A DNA stretch of 64,000 nucleotides, taken from contig JAXGOJ010000009.1 of assembly GCA_040767525.1 (NCBI GenBank), positions 1,199-65,198 of the forward strand, given 5' to 3'. Every line of letters begins with the position of its first letter. Within the stretch, counting starts at the first letter, position 1. The notes beneath the pieces are model-generated. The model was given only the letters and a program-made list of their open reading frames with translations, had not been told where the DNA came from and searched no databases. This document shows, in pieces, positions 23,615-35,591 of the stretch. A program made the position numbers and the translations under genes. The stretch comes from Bacillota bacterium. Its GTDB lineage: Bacteria; Bacillota; Sulfobacillia; Fermentithermobacillales; Fermentithermobacillaceae.

Positions 23615-24424
23615 TCAAATGTCGCCGGCCTTCATTCTTTGCCTCACTGCCTCATAGAGCAAGATGCTGCAGGCCATGGCTACATTCAGTGACTCTGTGC
23701 CACCGGGCATTGGGATGGTAATACCTAAACCAGTCAGTGCAAGAACCTCAGGGCTTAAACCTTGCCCCTCATTACCAAGGACCACAGCACAGGGAAAGCG
23801 AAAGTTCCCTTCCCATGGCGGGATTCCTCCCCGGGGTATAGCTTTGTATACCGAAATCCGCGATTGGTGACATTCCTGCAACACATTGACGGGGTCTTCC
23901 CGAAAACTGACCCTGCTCCTGAAAATTGCACCGGCAGATGCCCTTATGACTTTAGGTGAAAAGGGATCTGCGCTATACCCGCAAAATATTATGTTGCTTG
24001 CTCCTGCTGAAGCCCCATTTCTTATGAGAGTACCTACATTACCCGGATCTTGTATGTCCACCCCAATCACATACAGAGGTTCTTTCCAGGCCGCTTCTGG
24101 CTCCCCCTCCAGAAAGCGAAAAGGAATAGTCACAAGGCACATTGCACCCTGGGGTGTCCGGGTACCGGACATTCTGGTATAAAGGTCCATGGAAACTGTA
24201 AATAACCGGCAAGTACCGGGCTGTTGCTTCATGGCTTCGCGAATGGCCAGACTTCTTTCAGAATCTGCAAAATCCCTGGTGAGAATGACTGCATGCATCT
24301 CAACCCGGGCTCTTAAGGCCGATAGGACAACTGAAGGCCCTTCAGCCACTGTAAGATGGCTTTTGTCCCTCTCTTTCTTACGGGAAAGGCTCCTTATAAG
24401 CCGCCAGGGTACCTCTGTGTACAA
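23615..24424 (-). CDS. TrmH/SpoU family RNA methyltransferase
   Basis: IQDPGNVGTLIR, LGNEGQGL, IPMPGGTESLNVA. Confidence 0.93.
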   Translation of the reverse strand: MYTEVPWRLIRSLSRKKERDKSHLTVAEGPSVVLSALRARVEMHAVILTRDFADSERSLAIREAMKQQPGTCRLFTVSMDLYTRMSGTRTPQGAMCLVTIPFRFLEGEPEAAWKEPLYVIGVDIQDPGNVGTLIRNGASAGASNIIFCGYSADPFSPKVIRASAGAIFRSRVSFREDPVNVLQECHQSRISVYKAIPRGGIPPWEGNFRFPCAVVLGNEGQGLSPEVLALTGLGITIPMPGGTESLNVAMACSILLYEAVRQRMKAGDI

Positions 24425-24427
24425 ACC

Positions 24428-25096
24428 TTAACCTCTTTCCAAAATATCGTTCAGATGCTTTACTCCATCGTTAGGCCCAATAGCGACCATAACATCGCCC
24501 TCTTGCAGAGGCTCATCAGGGTTTATGTAAATATTGACGTGATTTCGCCGCTTTATTGCCACTATGTTGAGCCCCATCTTATTCCGCAAATTCAGATTTC
24601 TTAAGGTTCGTCCCACAAGGGCCTCTTTCACCACAATTTCAATTACGCCGTACTCTTCTGATAGCTCAATATAATCAATTACACTTCCGGAAACCAAAGA
24701 GTATGCCAACCGCTGGCCCATATCTTTTTCGGGAAACACTACTGTATCTGCTCCAACACTTTCGAGGATCTTTCCGTGAACATCACTGGCTGCCTTAACA
24801 ACAACTTGCTTTACTCCAAGCTGCTTAAGGTAAAGTGTAACAAGAAGGCTTGCTTCAAATCCACTCATGGCAACAATGACTACATCGAAGTTCTTGACAC
24901 CCAACTCAGATAATACTGCCTCGCTGGTTCCATCAGCTTCGACAGCCTCAGTAACCACAGGTGCAATAGCCCGCACCTTCTCACAGTCAATATCCACTGC
25001 AAGGACCTCGGCTCCAAGCCTTGCCAGTGTCTTAGCAAGACTCCCGCCAAACCGGCCTAAACCAATTATCGCAAATTGCTTACGCACGTGCATCAC
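24428..25096 (-). CDS. ktrA: K+ uptake regulatory subunit KtrA/TrkA family
   Basis: IGLGRFGGS, GADTVVFPEKDMG, TrkA-C domain. Confidence 0.92.
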   Translation of the reverse strand: MMHVRKQFAIIGLGRFGGSLAKTLARLGAEVLAVDIDCEKVRAIAPVVTEAVEADGTSEAVLSELGVKNFDVVIVAMSGFEASLLVTLYLKQLGVKQVVVKAASDVHGKILESVGADTVVFPEKDMGQRLAYSLVSGSVIDYIELSEEYGVIEIVVKEALVGRTLRNLNLRNKMGLNIVAIKRRNHVNIYINPDEPLQEGDVMVAIGPNDGVKHLNDILERG

Positions 25097-25102
25097 ACAC
25101 CT

Positions 25103-26448
25103 TTATCCTACCAAGACCTTCTCCTCAGGATACCTGATGCCTGCCTGGTTAGCCTGTTTCGAAATAGCCACGGCCAAACTCAAAGGCCCTACCCTTCCGG
25201 CAAACATAGTAACTATGATAATAAGTTTCCCGGGAATGCTCAGCGACGGGGTTATACCTCTGGATAATCCCACAGTACCGAATGCAGACACTACTTCGAA
25301 TAAAATATCAAAGAATGAAGCTTCTTCAGTAATAGTTAAGAGCAGGGTCGATACGGAAATCAGCCCGAGAGATATGAGGATAATTGAAAGGGCTTTCAAT
25401 ACCAGACCTCAGGAAGACGCCTTCTGGAGACATTTACGTCTTCTTTTCCCTGCACCAGTGCGGCCACGAACCTAACGGACGAGTAAAAAGTAGTAGTCTT
25501 TATTCCACCTCCAGTTCCGCCAGGTGACGCTCCGACAAACATCAATGCAATCACAATAAATGATGTCGGTATCCTGAGATTTTCAGTAAAGATCGAGTTA
25601 AATCCGGCAGTTCTCGCAGTAACCGACTGAAACCACGAAGAAAGGAGTCTGATTCTTAGACTCATGTTGCCGATAGTACCCGGATTTTTGCCTTCAAGCA
25701 CCAACACCAAGACTGTTCCTATTACAAGCAGAGCCCCTGTCATCTTGATTGCAATCCTGGAATGAAGGGATAAATCTCTCCATTTGCCCCTATTTTCATA
25801 AACGTCAGTTATCACGTAAAATCCCAGGCCGCCTATGATAATCAGGAGGCTGACAGTCATGATTACCAAAGGATCACCTGCATACGGAACAAGACTTGAG
25901 CCAAGAATATCGAACCCCGCGTTGCAAAAAGCAGACACAGAATGGAAAAGGCCGTGGAACATAGCGCCTGGCAGCTCAAGTCCCATTGATTTGCCTAAAA
26001 CGACTCCAAGTACTAATGCACCAAGAAATTCAAAAACCAAAGTGGCCAGAATAACCCGCTTCATGAGCCGCACCAGCCCGGAAAGACTCCAATAGCCTGT
26101 CTGTTCTTGGATTATGAGGCGTTCCGTCAAAGTAACACGCCGTCCCGTAACAAGGGCATGGGCAGTGGCAAAAGTCATAAGCCCAAGCCCCCCGGCCTGG
26201 ATAAGAATGAGAATTACAACCTTACCCCACATGCTCCAATAACTTGCGGTGTTCACTACCACAAGCCCTGTAACACAAACCGCCGACGTCGCCGTAAACA
26301 ATGAGTCTATGAAACCAGGAGAGCCATGTGACAAAGTTGACCAGGGAAGCATGAGTAATATGGTTCCTACCAAAATAAACGACAGGAAACTAAACACCAA
26401 AACCCTAGTAGGTGTGGTCCATGCCTTCGTGTTCTGGAAAACAGCCAC
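25103..26448 (-). CDS. ktrB: K+ uptake membrane subunit KtrB/TrkH family (one frame break)
   Basis: TATSAVCVTGL, SAFCNAGF, RTAGF, GGTGGGIKTTT, SAFGTVGLS, MFAGRVGPL. Confidence 0.92.
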
Positions 26449-26465
26449 ATTCCTGCCTCCGATTT

Positions 26466-26840
26466 CTACTGAGTCGGACTCGCCGCACTTACCTGGCTTT
26501 TCGCAAGTGCCACCAGTTCGGAAAAAGCATTAGCGTCTGATACTGCAAGGTCAGCCAGCATCTGCCTGTTTATATCCACGCCGGCTTTTTTCAGCCCATT
26601 GATAAACCTGTTGTACGTCATGCCGTTCTGGCGAGCCGCTGCGTTAATTCGTGTAATCCACAATCTCCTAAATTCACGTTTCTTTTCTTTCCTGTGAATA
26701 CGAGCGTAATTCAGAGATTTGATAACAGCTGCATTGGCAACTTTGAACGATTTCGAACGACGGCCATAGTATCCTTTAGCCAATTTCAAAACTTTCTTAT
26801 GTCTTTGTCTTTTGACAACCGATGACTTAACGCGTGGCAT
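26466..26840 (-). CDS. rplT: 50S ribosomal protein L20
   Basis: MPRVK...KLAKGYYG...[12 protein letters not shown]. Confidence 0.98.
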   Translation of the reverse strand: MPRVKSSVVKRQRHKKVLKLAKGYYGRRSKSFKVANAAVIKSLNYARIHRKEKKREFRRLWITRINAAARQNGMTYNRFINGLKKAGVDINRQMLADLAVSDANAFSELVALAKSQVSAASPTQ

Positions 26841-26876
26841 CGCTTCCAACCCTCTTTCTTCAACACTTACAGACTA

Positions 26877-27078
26877 TTACTTATATGGGATCAAAGTCCG
26901 AATCTCTCTGGCATAGACTTTGTTGATTATAGTGCTCTTTCTGAGTCTTCTCCGTCTGCGTGGCCCCTGGTCACAAGTTTGTGCCCATGGCCTGAATGGA
27001 AATGACGGATCTTTCCTGTGCCTGTCACAAAAAGGCGCTTCTTCGCGCCGCTGTGGGTTTTCATCTTTTCTTCGCCAC
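26877..27078 (-). CDS. rpmI: 50S ribosomal protein L35 (split by indels, absent from ORF track)
   Basis: MKTHSGAKKR at 5' end, ...RRLRKSTII...IRTLIPYK* at 3' end; between infC and rplT. Confidence 0.9.
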
Positions 27079-27158
27079 TAAGAAACTTCCTTTCTACTTG
27101 CTCTTCAAATTTGAAGGCTGTGCCAAGTCTACACAGCCGAAGCCCGGAAAACCAGTGC

Positions 27159-27712
27159 TTACTTCCCGGCCGTTTCTGAAGCCGTGCTGCGTATTGCCTC
27201 CTGAGGCTTAGGAGACAAAATCATAGTCATGTTCCGTCCTTCCATCTTTGGAGCCCGTTCAACATTGCACATATCTTTGACTCTCTCGAGGAGTTTTCCA
27301 AAACCCGCTGCCCAATATCTACATGGGCAAGCTTCACGGCCTCTAAACATGATGGTTGCTTTAACCTTATCTCCGTCGCCCAAAAACCTCTCACATGCTC
27401 TGGCTTTGACATTGAAATCATGATCGTCAATTGTAGGACGCATCTTGACTTCTTTTACATCCTGCACTTTTTGCTTTTTCCTGGCCTCTTTAAGTCTCTT
27501 GGCCTGATCGTACTTCCATTTATTGTAATCCATAATCTTGCACACAGGCGGCCTTGCCCAGGAGCAACTTCCACCAAATCCAGGCCTCGTTCCCTTGCCA
27601 TCTCCAAAGCCTCATAAGTTGGACGAATCCCCAATTGCTCACCATCAGGTGATATGACTCTGACTTCTCTAACCCGGATCCCCTCATTTACCCTTTGATC
27701 CATCTGACTTAT
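27159..27712 (-). CDS. infC: Translation initiation factor IF-3 (indels; probable ATA start)
   Basis: [50 protein letters not shown]; AAGGTGG RBS properly spaced from ATA 27712. Confidence 0.96.
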
Positions 27713-27739
27713 TGAATTACACCACCTTTCTTCCTAAAT

Positions 27740-27900
27740 AGATTACGGGCAGGTGTTCATTCCACCCGCCCGCATTTCACTTAGGATTCCGGTTCTATTA
27801 TGGCCGTTGCGGCCTAAACCGCACGGCAAACCGTCTAACTCCAAAGACCTTAACAGCATTTTCTACCGTAAGGTGAGAAGCGGATGGCTTCTTCTTAGCG
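27740..27900 (-). ncRNA. L20 ribosomal protein leader
   Basis: AGAAGCCATCCGCTTCTCACCT matches the Firmicute L20-leader 5' motif; complementary GCGGGCGGGTG segment downstream; upstream of infC-rpmI-rplT. Confidence 0.8.
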
Positions 27901-27969
27901 TCCACGGAGTATATCATACAGTGAGTCCCGTTGTCACGCAATGTGCCGAGCCTAATATATCTCTGATGC

Positions 27970-29952
27970 TCAGGAAAACACAGAATCAAGGGATCTCTTT
28001 CGGGCCTCTTCAACCACTTTGCCTGCAAATTCATCAAAATTCATACCGCCAAGATCTCCCAGACTTCGTGCCTGACCGAAATCGTATTGGCTTCTTTCTC
28101 CCTTGCACCAACAATAACCATGTAGGGTATCTTTTCAATCTGGGCCTGCCTTATTTTATAACCGATTTTATCCTGTCCCAGATCACACTCAACCCTCAGC
28201 CCTAGTTCTTCAAAACCCGCTGCAACTGTCTTTGCATAGTCACTTTGCTTTTCGGAAACAGGCATTACCCTGATCTGAACCGGGGAAAGCCACATAGGGA
28301 AAGCGCCGGCATAATGCTCAATCAATCCACCGATAAACCGCTCCATAGTACCCAGAACAGTTCGGTGGATCATCACCGGCCTGTGCCGCTGCCCATCTTC
28401 ACCAATATAGTGGATGTCAAACCGTTCAGGCAAATTCAAGTCAGCCTGGATAGTGGGCCCCTGCCAGAGCCTGCCTACTGCGTCTTTGATCTTGATATCA
28501 ATAGCCGGCCCGTAAAACTTGGCTTCGCCAACATCAATCTGGTACTTAAGGTTCCTTGCCTTGAGTGCTCTCTCGAGTGCTTCTTCTGCCTGCTGCCAGA
28601 CTTCATCTTCTCCAATGTAATTGGCCTTATCATTAGGATCCCGGACTGACAACATACAGTAGTACTCATCGTAACCGAAAGTTTTGAGCATGAATCCGGT
28701 CAGGTCCAGGACTTCTATAAGCTGCTGCTCAAGCTGATCAGGCCTGCAGAAAAGATGAGCGTCATCTTGAGTGAAGCCTCTGACTCTCAACATACCGTGG
28801 AGTACACCCGAACGCTCGTACCGGTACACAGTGCCCAACTCGCCATACCTAATCGGAAGATCTCTGTAACTTCTGGTTTTGCCCTTATAAATGAGAATAT
28901 GGAAAGGGCAATTCATAGGTTTCAGTAAATACTGCATTTCGTCGATTTCCATAGGGCTGTACATGTTGTCTTTATACCAGTCCCAATGGCCCGAAACCTT
29001 CCAAAGACCCAATTTCGCAATGTGTGGCGTATATACCAGGTCGTAACCGCGTTTTCTGTGCTCTTCTTTCCAGAAGTTCTCAATGATTTCCCGGATAATC
29101 GCCCCTTTGGGGTGCCAATAGACGAGTCCTGGCCCGCCTTCTTCTTCTATGCTGAAAAGGTCAAGATCCTTTCCCAATCTCCTGTGGTCTCTTCGCTTGA
29201 TGTCTTCAAGCTTGGCAAGGTGGGCATCAAGGCCTCCTTGATCCATGAAAGCAGTGCCATATATACGCTGAAGCATTGGCCTTTTTTCGTCTCCCCGCCA
29301 ATATGCCCCTGCAATGCTCAACAGCTTGTAAGCCTTTACATACCCGGTATACGGGACATGGGGCCCCGCGCAAAGGTCTATGAATTCACCCTGCCTGTAG
29401 ATGGATATTGGTTCTTCCGAAGGGAGTTCATCCAAAAGCTCAAGTTTGAACAAAGCCTTTCTTTCTTCAAAAATCTTTCTGGCCTCATCTTTCGAGACAA
29501 TGTCACGGGTGACAGGTAAATTTTCCTTTACGATACGCTTCATCTCTTGTTCAATTTTCTCAAGGTCTTCAGGCGTAAACCCATGGCTTGTGTCAAAATC
29601 GTAGTAAAAACCATCTTCTATAGCAGGCCCAATTCCCAGCCGTGTATCAGGAAACAATCGCTTCACCGCCTGGGCCAGTATGTGAGGCGCGGTATCGCCT
29701 TAAAGCCTCTCTTGCTTCTTCTGATTCAAAGCCAGGGGTCTACTGAGCAATCTCCGTCAATCCGTTCCCTCAGTTCCACTGCCCTTGCTCCGCCCTTGCC
29801 TTGAATTCCGACCATAAGCACGTCATTCTTCCAGCCAAAGCTTTTTTGACGTTCAAAAAAGTACTACCTTCGGGAAGGGACAAAGACTGTCCATTCCATT
29901 TGATTTCAAACTCCCTTATGGCCTGTTTATCTCGATTCGCTTTTTCATCCAC
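27970..29952 (-). CDS. thrS: Threonine--tRNA ligase (both ends split by indels)
   Basis: GPAIEDGFYYD, DLCAGPH, RDHRRLG, KPMNCPFH, RVRGFTQDDAH, FYGP, MIHR..GTMERFIG. Confidence 0.97.
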
Positions 29953-30019
29953 TTTGATTCCCTCCTGCTTGTATTCTCGTCAAGTGCAACTAAAAATCCT
30001 TTTTTTCACCGACACCAAA

Positions 30020-30352
30020 TAAAAAATCCCGTCCCTCAAAAGGGGCGAGATTCTTATTCGCGGTTCCACCCTTGTTTGGCTATTCCTGCATTGACTACCG
30101 GAATATACCCTCCGCCAGATGTTAACGCCACACCCCACGTTGATGTTATCGCCAAAACACCTAACCAGATGCCCCTGCCACAGATCATCAATCTATGTGG
30201 CAGCACTCAATACCACCCGGTGTTCACTTTAACGCTTCCATCAAGGGCTCCGAGGTGGTGTTCCCTCTAGGTCCGCTTCAGATGGCTCCCAGCCTGCGGC
30301 CATCATTCTCTCTTGATCGGTTCTTAAAGGTACTGTCCTCTTCATAGCCTGC
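30020..30352 (-). ncRNA. T-box riboswitch, Thr specifier
   Basis: Stem I ...GAAC-ACC-ACCTCGGAG (ACC), T-box AAGGGTGGAACCGCG, terminator ending GGGACGGGATTTTTT. Confidence 0.93.
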
Positions 30353-30408
30353 AGTTTTATTATTTGAACGATTATATCTTATGAAAACAGATAGATCAAG
30401 GAGACTTG

Positions 30409-31300
30409 CTAAAACTCGGTATTGTCCAATTCACATCCTTTGCACACCACAACCGTCTGGTCAAATAGGTCATTTATCAAATCGAAACATGGAGAATTCT
30501 CAGCAGATCCATGCCATATGACCTCGTGAGGCGCCAAAGTCACCACTGCGCTGACCACAAGATCATCAATTCCGAGTCCGAGGAAATCAGTATTTCTTTC
30601 CAGAAACAATCGAATGTCTCCCTGCACCTGCTGCAATTGACTGTCTAGAATCACGTATTTGCTGTCTGAGTTGCGAACAATGTTAATTACCGGGAGAGGG
30701 TTCTTCTGTTTCTTCATGAAATGCCTCAGCAATCGCAAAAACTCCCTGTATTCCCTGTCAATTAAGTACTCTTCAACGATATGGTCCACCAGGTCGAAGA
30801 GTTCTTCAAGATACTCTTTTCAGCCTAAACGTGATGAAACCTTCCAATATGATCTGATCTTCTCTTTCCAGATATTCTGCAAGTTTAGCCCATACCCTGC
30901 TCTTTCTTTGGCTCCGCTGATATGTCCTGAGATTACCTGAAGACACTGCTCCGTTGTCCAGTCTCCTCAGTATTTTCTTCTTCAGGATTTCTCTATCCCT
31001 AGCAGCAAGGTATCCGTAGTTTCCATCAACAAGACTCACTACCAAGAGTTCTTCATATTCGTCGATTATAATATCAGAAAGGCCGTTGGCCATAGAGCCC
31101 TTAATCGTTCGCAAAAGCTCATTGCTCAGATTCTGACAATTCCTGTTCAACGGTTCACAATGGAAAATCAATATATCACCGGCAGCAGATTCCCGGACAC
31201 TCACTCTGGCTCCCCGTACCTGCCAGTTACTTATCTCTTGATCCACAAAATTGCGTATTGAGTTTAGAGCACGGACAGATGCCACAGAAAATACGTTCAG
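30409..31300 (-). CDS. ytxC: YtxC-like putative sporulation protein (one frame break)
   Basis: ILEGFITFRL, VEEYLIDREYREFLRLLRHF, DDLVVSAVVTLAP; usual position upstream of thrS. Confidence 0.88.
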
Positions 31301-31439
31301 ATTGTGCCACCTCCGAATTTAGTATGCCTTGCGTCAATAAGGGGAAATTCCAGGGAAACTCCATCTTCATACCGGTAAATGGGTTGATACTTAAGGGAAA
31401 TCAACTCTATCTTTGATTTAGGATATAATTTACCGAAAC

Positions 31440-32483
31440 TTAAAGATTTAGACACACACAGCGCCTAATATCATCATCAGGTTCATCATATAAGTGGCAG
31501 GCGACCAAATGGCCATCACCTTTATCTACAAAGAAAGGCTCCTCTTCACGGCAACGGTCAAAGCATTTGCTGCACCGGGTATGAAAACGACACCCATCCG
31601 GTGGATTGATAGGTGAAGGCACATCTCCTTCCAGCAGTATCCGTTCCTTCTTCTTTCTTGGATTAGGCACTGGAATTGCTGAAATTAGCCCCCTTGTATA
31701 TGGATGAAGCGGTTCTTGATAAATATCTTTACTGCCTGCAATCTCAACAATTTTGCCGAGATACATTACAGCCACTCTTTGTGAAATATGTTTGACCGCT
31801 GCAAGTCCGTGAGCTATGAAAATGTACGTAAGGCCGAACTCTTCCTGCAAATCGCAAAGCAAGTTAAGAATTTGAGACTGTATTGAAACGTCTAGCGCAG
31901 AAACAGGCTCATCACACACAATTAGCTTCGGATTTAGGGCAAGAGCCCTGGCGATGCCAATTCTTTGCCGTTGGCCTCCTGAAAACTCATGTGGATATCT
32001 GTAGGCATGTTCAGTAGCAAGGCCAACTATGTCCAGAAGTTCCCTTACTTTTCTCTTTCTGGCCTGCCCGTCCAACACTCCATGTACCAAGAGAGGTTCA
32101 CCTACAATCTCGCCTACAGTCAGCCTTGGATTTAGAGAAGAATAGGGATCCTGGTAGATTAATTGCATCTCCCTACGCATTTTTCGCATTTCATGGCCAC
32201 CAAGTGAAAGGAGATCTACCCCTTCGAAAACCACTTCTCCTTCCGTAGGTTCTATGAGCCTGAGGATACTCTTTCCGGTTGTGGTCTTACCACAGCCTGA
32301 TTCACCGACTAATCCTAAAGTCTCCCCTCGCTTTACTGAAAACGACACACCGTCGACTGCCTTAACAACACCTCTTTTCTTGCTCAAGAATCCGCCCTTC
32401 AAAGAAAAGTAGGTCTTAAGGTTACGCACATCAAGAATAACGTCTGTATAAGACGCATCTTCTGTAAGAAGTGAACGACTCAT
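31440..32483 (-). CDS. Oligopeptide ABC ATPase (OppF-like), system I
   Basis: [31 protein letters not shown], Cys-rich C-terminus. Confidence 0.95.
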   Translation of the reverse strand: MSRSLLTEDASYTDVILDVRNLKTYFSLKGGFLSKKRGVVKAVDGVSFSVKRGETLGLVGESGCGKTTTGKSILRLIEPTEGEVVFEGVDLLSLGGHEMRKMRREMQLIYQDPYSSLNPRLTVGEIVGEPLLVHGVLDGQARKRKVRELLDIVGLATEHAYRYPHEFSGGQRQRIGIARALALNPKLIVCDEPVSALDVSIQSQILNLLCDLQEEFGLTYIFIAHGLAAVKHISQRVAVMYLGKIVEIAGSKDIYQEPLHPYTRGLISAIPVPNPRKKKERILLEGDVPSPINPPDGCRFHTRCSKCFDRCREEEPFFVDKGDGHLVACHLYDEPDDDIRRCVCLNL

Positions 32484-33481
32484 GACACGCCCCCCTCTGC
32501 AGCTGTCCCATTGCCTGCATACAGCCAACACCGGACTTTCCTACCTGGCCCGATTTGAAAAAGTTGCGGCTCTTCATCCCTGCAGCGCTGAATAGATTGA
32601 TTGCAGCGAGGATGAAACCTGCAGCCTGAAGGGAATTCAAACGGACTGGGAACCGCGCCCGGAATAACATGGAGCCTTTCGGAATCCACGTCTACACGGG
32701 GTATAGAACTTAAAAGCCCTGAAGTGTATGGATGCAAGGGATGATCAAATATTGACTCTACATCCCCCTCTTCAACAAATTGCCCGGCGTACATTACAAT
32801 CACCCGCTCAGCCATTTCGGCAACAACACCCATATCGTGGGTGATCAGAAGAATCGCGGTTCCCATATCCTGCTGCAATCTACCCATCAAATCCAGAATC
32901 TGGGCCTGAATCGTCACATCCAAAGCAGTGGTCGGCTCATCAGCTATCAACAGCCTTGGATTACAGGCAAGAGCCATTGCGATCATCACACGCTGGCGCA
33001 TGCCACCTGACATTTGATGAGGATACTCAGCAACCCTGCGTTCAGGTTCAGGTATTCCTACCAGTCTCAGCATTTCTACGGCCTTCTTCATGGCGTCTCC
33101 GGTAGATAAGCCCTGGTGAAGCTCTAAAGCTTCCATTATTTGAAAACCCACGCTCAGCACAGGGTTCAAAGATGTCATGGGTTCTTGAAATATCATAGAA
33201 ATCTTATTGCCGCGAACTTTTTGCATCTCTTCTTCTGATTTCAGTAAAAGGTCCTCTCCATCCAGAAATATTTGGCCATGTAGGATTTTCCCGGGAGGCC
33301 ACGGGATTAGGCCCATTATGGAAAGGCTGGTCACAGACTTCCCGCAACCGCTCTCACCAACTATTGCGAGAGTCTCCCCTTCACGAATCGAAAAGCTGAC
33401 ACCATCCACGGCCGTAACCACACCATCGCTCGTAAAAAACGATGTTTTCAAGTTGTTTACCTGTAATATCTGTTTGAACAT
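32480..33481 (-). CDS. Oligopeptide ABC ATPase (OppD-like), system I
   Basis: [41 protein letters not shown]. Confidence 0.95.
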   Translation of the reverse strand: MFKQILQVNNLKTSFFTSDGVVTAVDGVSFSIREGETLAIVGESGCGKSVTSLSIMGLIPWPPGKILHGQIFLDGEDLLLKSEEEMQKVRGNKISMIFQEPMTSLNPVLSVGFQIMEALELHQGLSTGDAMKKAVEMLRLVGIPEPERRVAEYPHQMSGGMRQRVMIAMALACNPRLLIADEPTTALDVTIQAQILDLMGRLQQDMGTAILLITHDMGVVAEMAERVIVMYAGQFVEEGDVESIFDHPLHPYTSGLLSSIPRVDVDSERLHVIPGAVPSPFEFPSGCRFHPRCNQSIQRCRDEEPQLFQIGPGRKVRCWLYAGNGTAAEGGVS

Positions 33482-33506
33482 CTCCCCACCGCCTTCTTGA
33501 CAAAAT

Positions 33507-34400
33507 CTACTGTTTAAGCCTGGGATCCAGAGCATCTCGGAGGCCATCGCCAACAAAATTGAATGCAAGCACCGTTATCATGATGGCCAGGCCTGGATAG
33601 GTCGCCAAATGGGGAGAGCTGCGAAGATAGTCCTTCCCTGCATTGAGCATAGCTCCCCATTCAGCAGAGGGCGGTTGGGCTCCCAACCCCAAAAAGCTGA
33701 GTCCTGAAGCGGAAAGTATTGCTCCGGCAACACCCAAGGACATCTGAACTATGATGGGCCCCAATGCATTGGGCAAGAGGTGAACAAACATTACTCTAAA
33801 CCCGCTGGCACCTACAGCCTGTGCCGCCTCCACAAACTCCCGCTGCTTTAGGGCAAGGAACTGCCCTCTTACCATTCTCGCGTACCCAATCCAGCTCACA
33901 AAAGCCAGGGCAAGCATTGCATTATACAGGCTGGGCCCCAGGACAGCAACTATGGTAATTGCCAGGATAAAGAAAGGAAAAGCATATAGAAAATCGACTA
34001 TACGCATAATCAGTGAGTCGGCCCAACCTCCATACCAGCCCGCAAGAGCCCCCAGGGTGACACCGATAACACTTGCCATTCCAACTACCACAAATCCAAC
34101 GGTAAGAGAAATTCGTGCTCCATAAATCAACCTGCTCAACACGTCTCTGCCAAACTCATCAGTTCCAAGAATGTGCCCAGGAGAACCAGGAGGCGCATAA
34201 AGGTTGGTCAAATTCATTTTGTCATAAGGGTACGGTGCCAAAACCGGAGCAAAGATTGCGACTGTATACAAAAATATTATGATACACAAACCGGCCATTG
34301 CCAGCCGATTTTTCTTAAATCGTCTCCAAACATCTATCCACAAAGAGCGTTTCTGCTGGGATTTGTTGTTCAAGCCAGATAAGCCTCCCCTCGTGACCAT
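33507..34400 (-). CDS. Oligopeptide ABC permease (OppC-like), system I
   Basis: [42 protein letters not shown]. Confidence 0.95.
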   Translation of the reverse strand: MVTRGGLSGLNNKSQQKRSLWIDVWRRFKKNRLAMAGLCIIIFLYTVAIFAPVLAPYPYDKMNLTNLYAPPGSPGHILGTDEFGRDVLSRLIYGARISLTVGFVVVGMASVIGVTLGALAGWYGGWADSLIMRIVDFLYAFPFFILAITIVAVLGPSLYNAMLALAFVSWIGYARMVRGQFLALKQREFVEAAQAVGASGFRVMFVHLLPNALGPIIVQMSLGVAGAILSASGLSFLGLGAQPPSAEWGAMLNAGKDYLRSSPHLATYPGLAIMITVLAFNFVGDGLRDALDPRLKQ

Positions 34401-34426
34401 TAGTTAAGATAACAAACAGGCTGAAA

Positions 34427-35380
34427 CTAATCGTACCGAATTCTTGGATCAAGCCACGAGTAGCTAATATCGACGACTAGATTAACCAGCACGAAAATTA
34501 AGCACATGAATAATACGTTCCCCTGAATCATTGGCAGATCCCTGCGTGTGATCGAAGCAACAGCCTGCCGCCCCATCCCAGGCCAGGCAAAAATCGTCTC
34601 AGTCACAACAGCACCACCCAAAAGTGACCCAAATTGAGTGCCAATCACAGTCACTATGGGTATCAATGCATTCTTGAGTGCATGTCTGTAGATCACGACC
34701 CTTTCGGAAAGGCCCTTGGCCTTAGCGGTGCGAATATAGTCCTGACGTATGACATCAAGCACGCTTGAACGAGTTAAGCGGGTTGTCATGGCCGCCATTC
34801 CAAAACCGAGGGTGAGGGACGGCATTATCAAGTGCTTGACAACGTCCCCAAGCCCGTTGGCCAGGTGGCCCATGCCCGTAGCTGGCAGCCAGCCCAATTT
34901 GAGAGCAAAGAAATACATGGATAAAAGGGCCAACCAAAAACTCGGCATTGATACGCCAATAAGTGCTCCCACCATACCGGTGTAATCCCAGATTGAATAC
35001 TGTCGAGTAGCAGAAATGATTCCAATGGGAACAGAGACTGATACGGCAATTATCAGGGATGATACGGTCAAAAGCAACGTTGCAGGTACTCGCTCCAAAA
35101 TGCTTCTAAAAACGTCCTGGCCTGTGTAAATGGACCGGCCCAGATCGCCTCGCAAGGCGTTTTTGAGAAACCTCCAATACTGAACATGTAAGGGGTCGTC
35201 AAATCCCCACGCTTTTCTCAATTCAGCAATCCGCTCAGGGGTAACCACTTGCTCCTGGGACCCCAGCATTACCAGTACCGGGTCTCCTGGAGCCAGGTGT
35301 ACCATAAGAAAAACAACTATCGATATACCCAGCAAGGTGGGAATAGCCTGAAGTAACCGGCGTACAATGAACTTAAACAT
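34427..35380 (-). CDS. Oligopeptide ABC permease (OppB-like), system I
   Basis: APGDP, GDLGRS, DYIRTAKAKGL, LDPRI. Confidence 0.95.
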   Translation of the reverse strand: MFKFIVRRLLQAIPTLLGISIVVFLMVHLAPGDPVLVMLGSQEQVVTPERIAELRKAWGFDDPLHVQYWRFLKNALRGDLGRSIYTGQDVFRSILERVPATLLLTVSSLIIAVSVSVPIGIISATRQYSIWDYTGMVGALIGVSMPSFWLALLSMYFFALKLGWLPATGMGHLANGLGDVVKHLIMPSLTLGFGMAAMTTRLTRSSVLDVIRQDYIRTAKAKGLSERVVIYRHALKNALIPIVTVIGTQFGSLLGGAVVTETIFAWPGMGRQAVASITRRDLPMIQGNVLFMCLIFVLVNLVVDISYSWLDPRIRYD

Positions 35381-35401
35381 TGAGCTCACCTCTATTGAAA
35401 A

Positions 35402-35426
35402 GGGAGGCGCCTCTTACGCGCCTCCC
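35402..35426 (-). terminator. Stem-loop upstream of oppB-I
   Basis: GGGAGGCGC..GCGCCTCCC followed by TTTT on the - strand; a hairpin type common between oppA and oppB. Confidence 0.65.
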
Positions 35427-35446
35427 GAAAATCATGTTTCTTCGAG

Positions 35447-35486
35447 TTACTTGAGAAACACAGACTATCTTACGCAACACCAACAT
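35447..35486 (-). pseudogene. Possible 40-bp remnant of a deleted oppA
   Basis: GGGGG RBS, MLVLRKIVCV (signal-peptide-like start) abutting out-of-frame ..FLK-TAA, at the position expected for oppA. Confidence 0.5.
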
Positions 35487-35591
35487 ACCCCCTAAATTGC
35501 TGATGTGAAAACCGCAAGAAAAAATACTCTCCTCTCCATAATAGGATAATATTGGATAAGGCTCTTTCCTCTTGCGCTCTGAATTCTCTGA

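Noticed and set aside
27798-28037. 79-aa ORF between thrS and infC
   Set aside because: Overlaps the frameshifted thrS 3' end, the infC promoter and the L20 leader
6774-29952. Programmed frameshifting or pseudogene status for split housekeeping genes
   Set aside because: Breaks are numerous, scattered, often several per gene, and hit essential genes; assembly error is the simpler explanation
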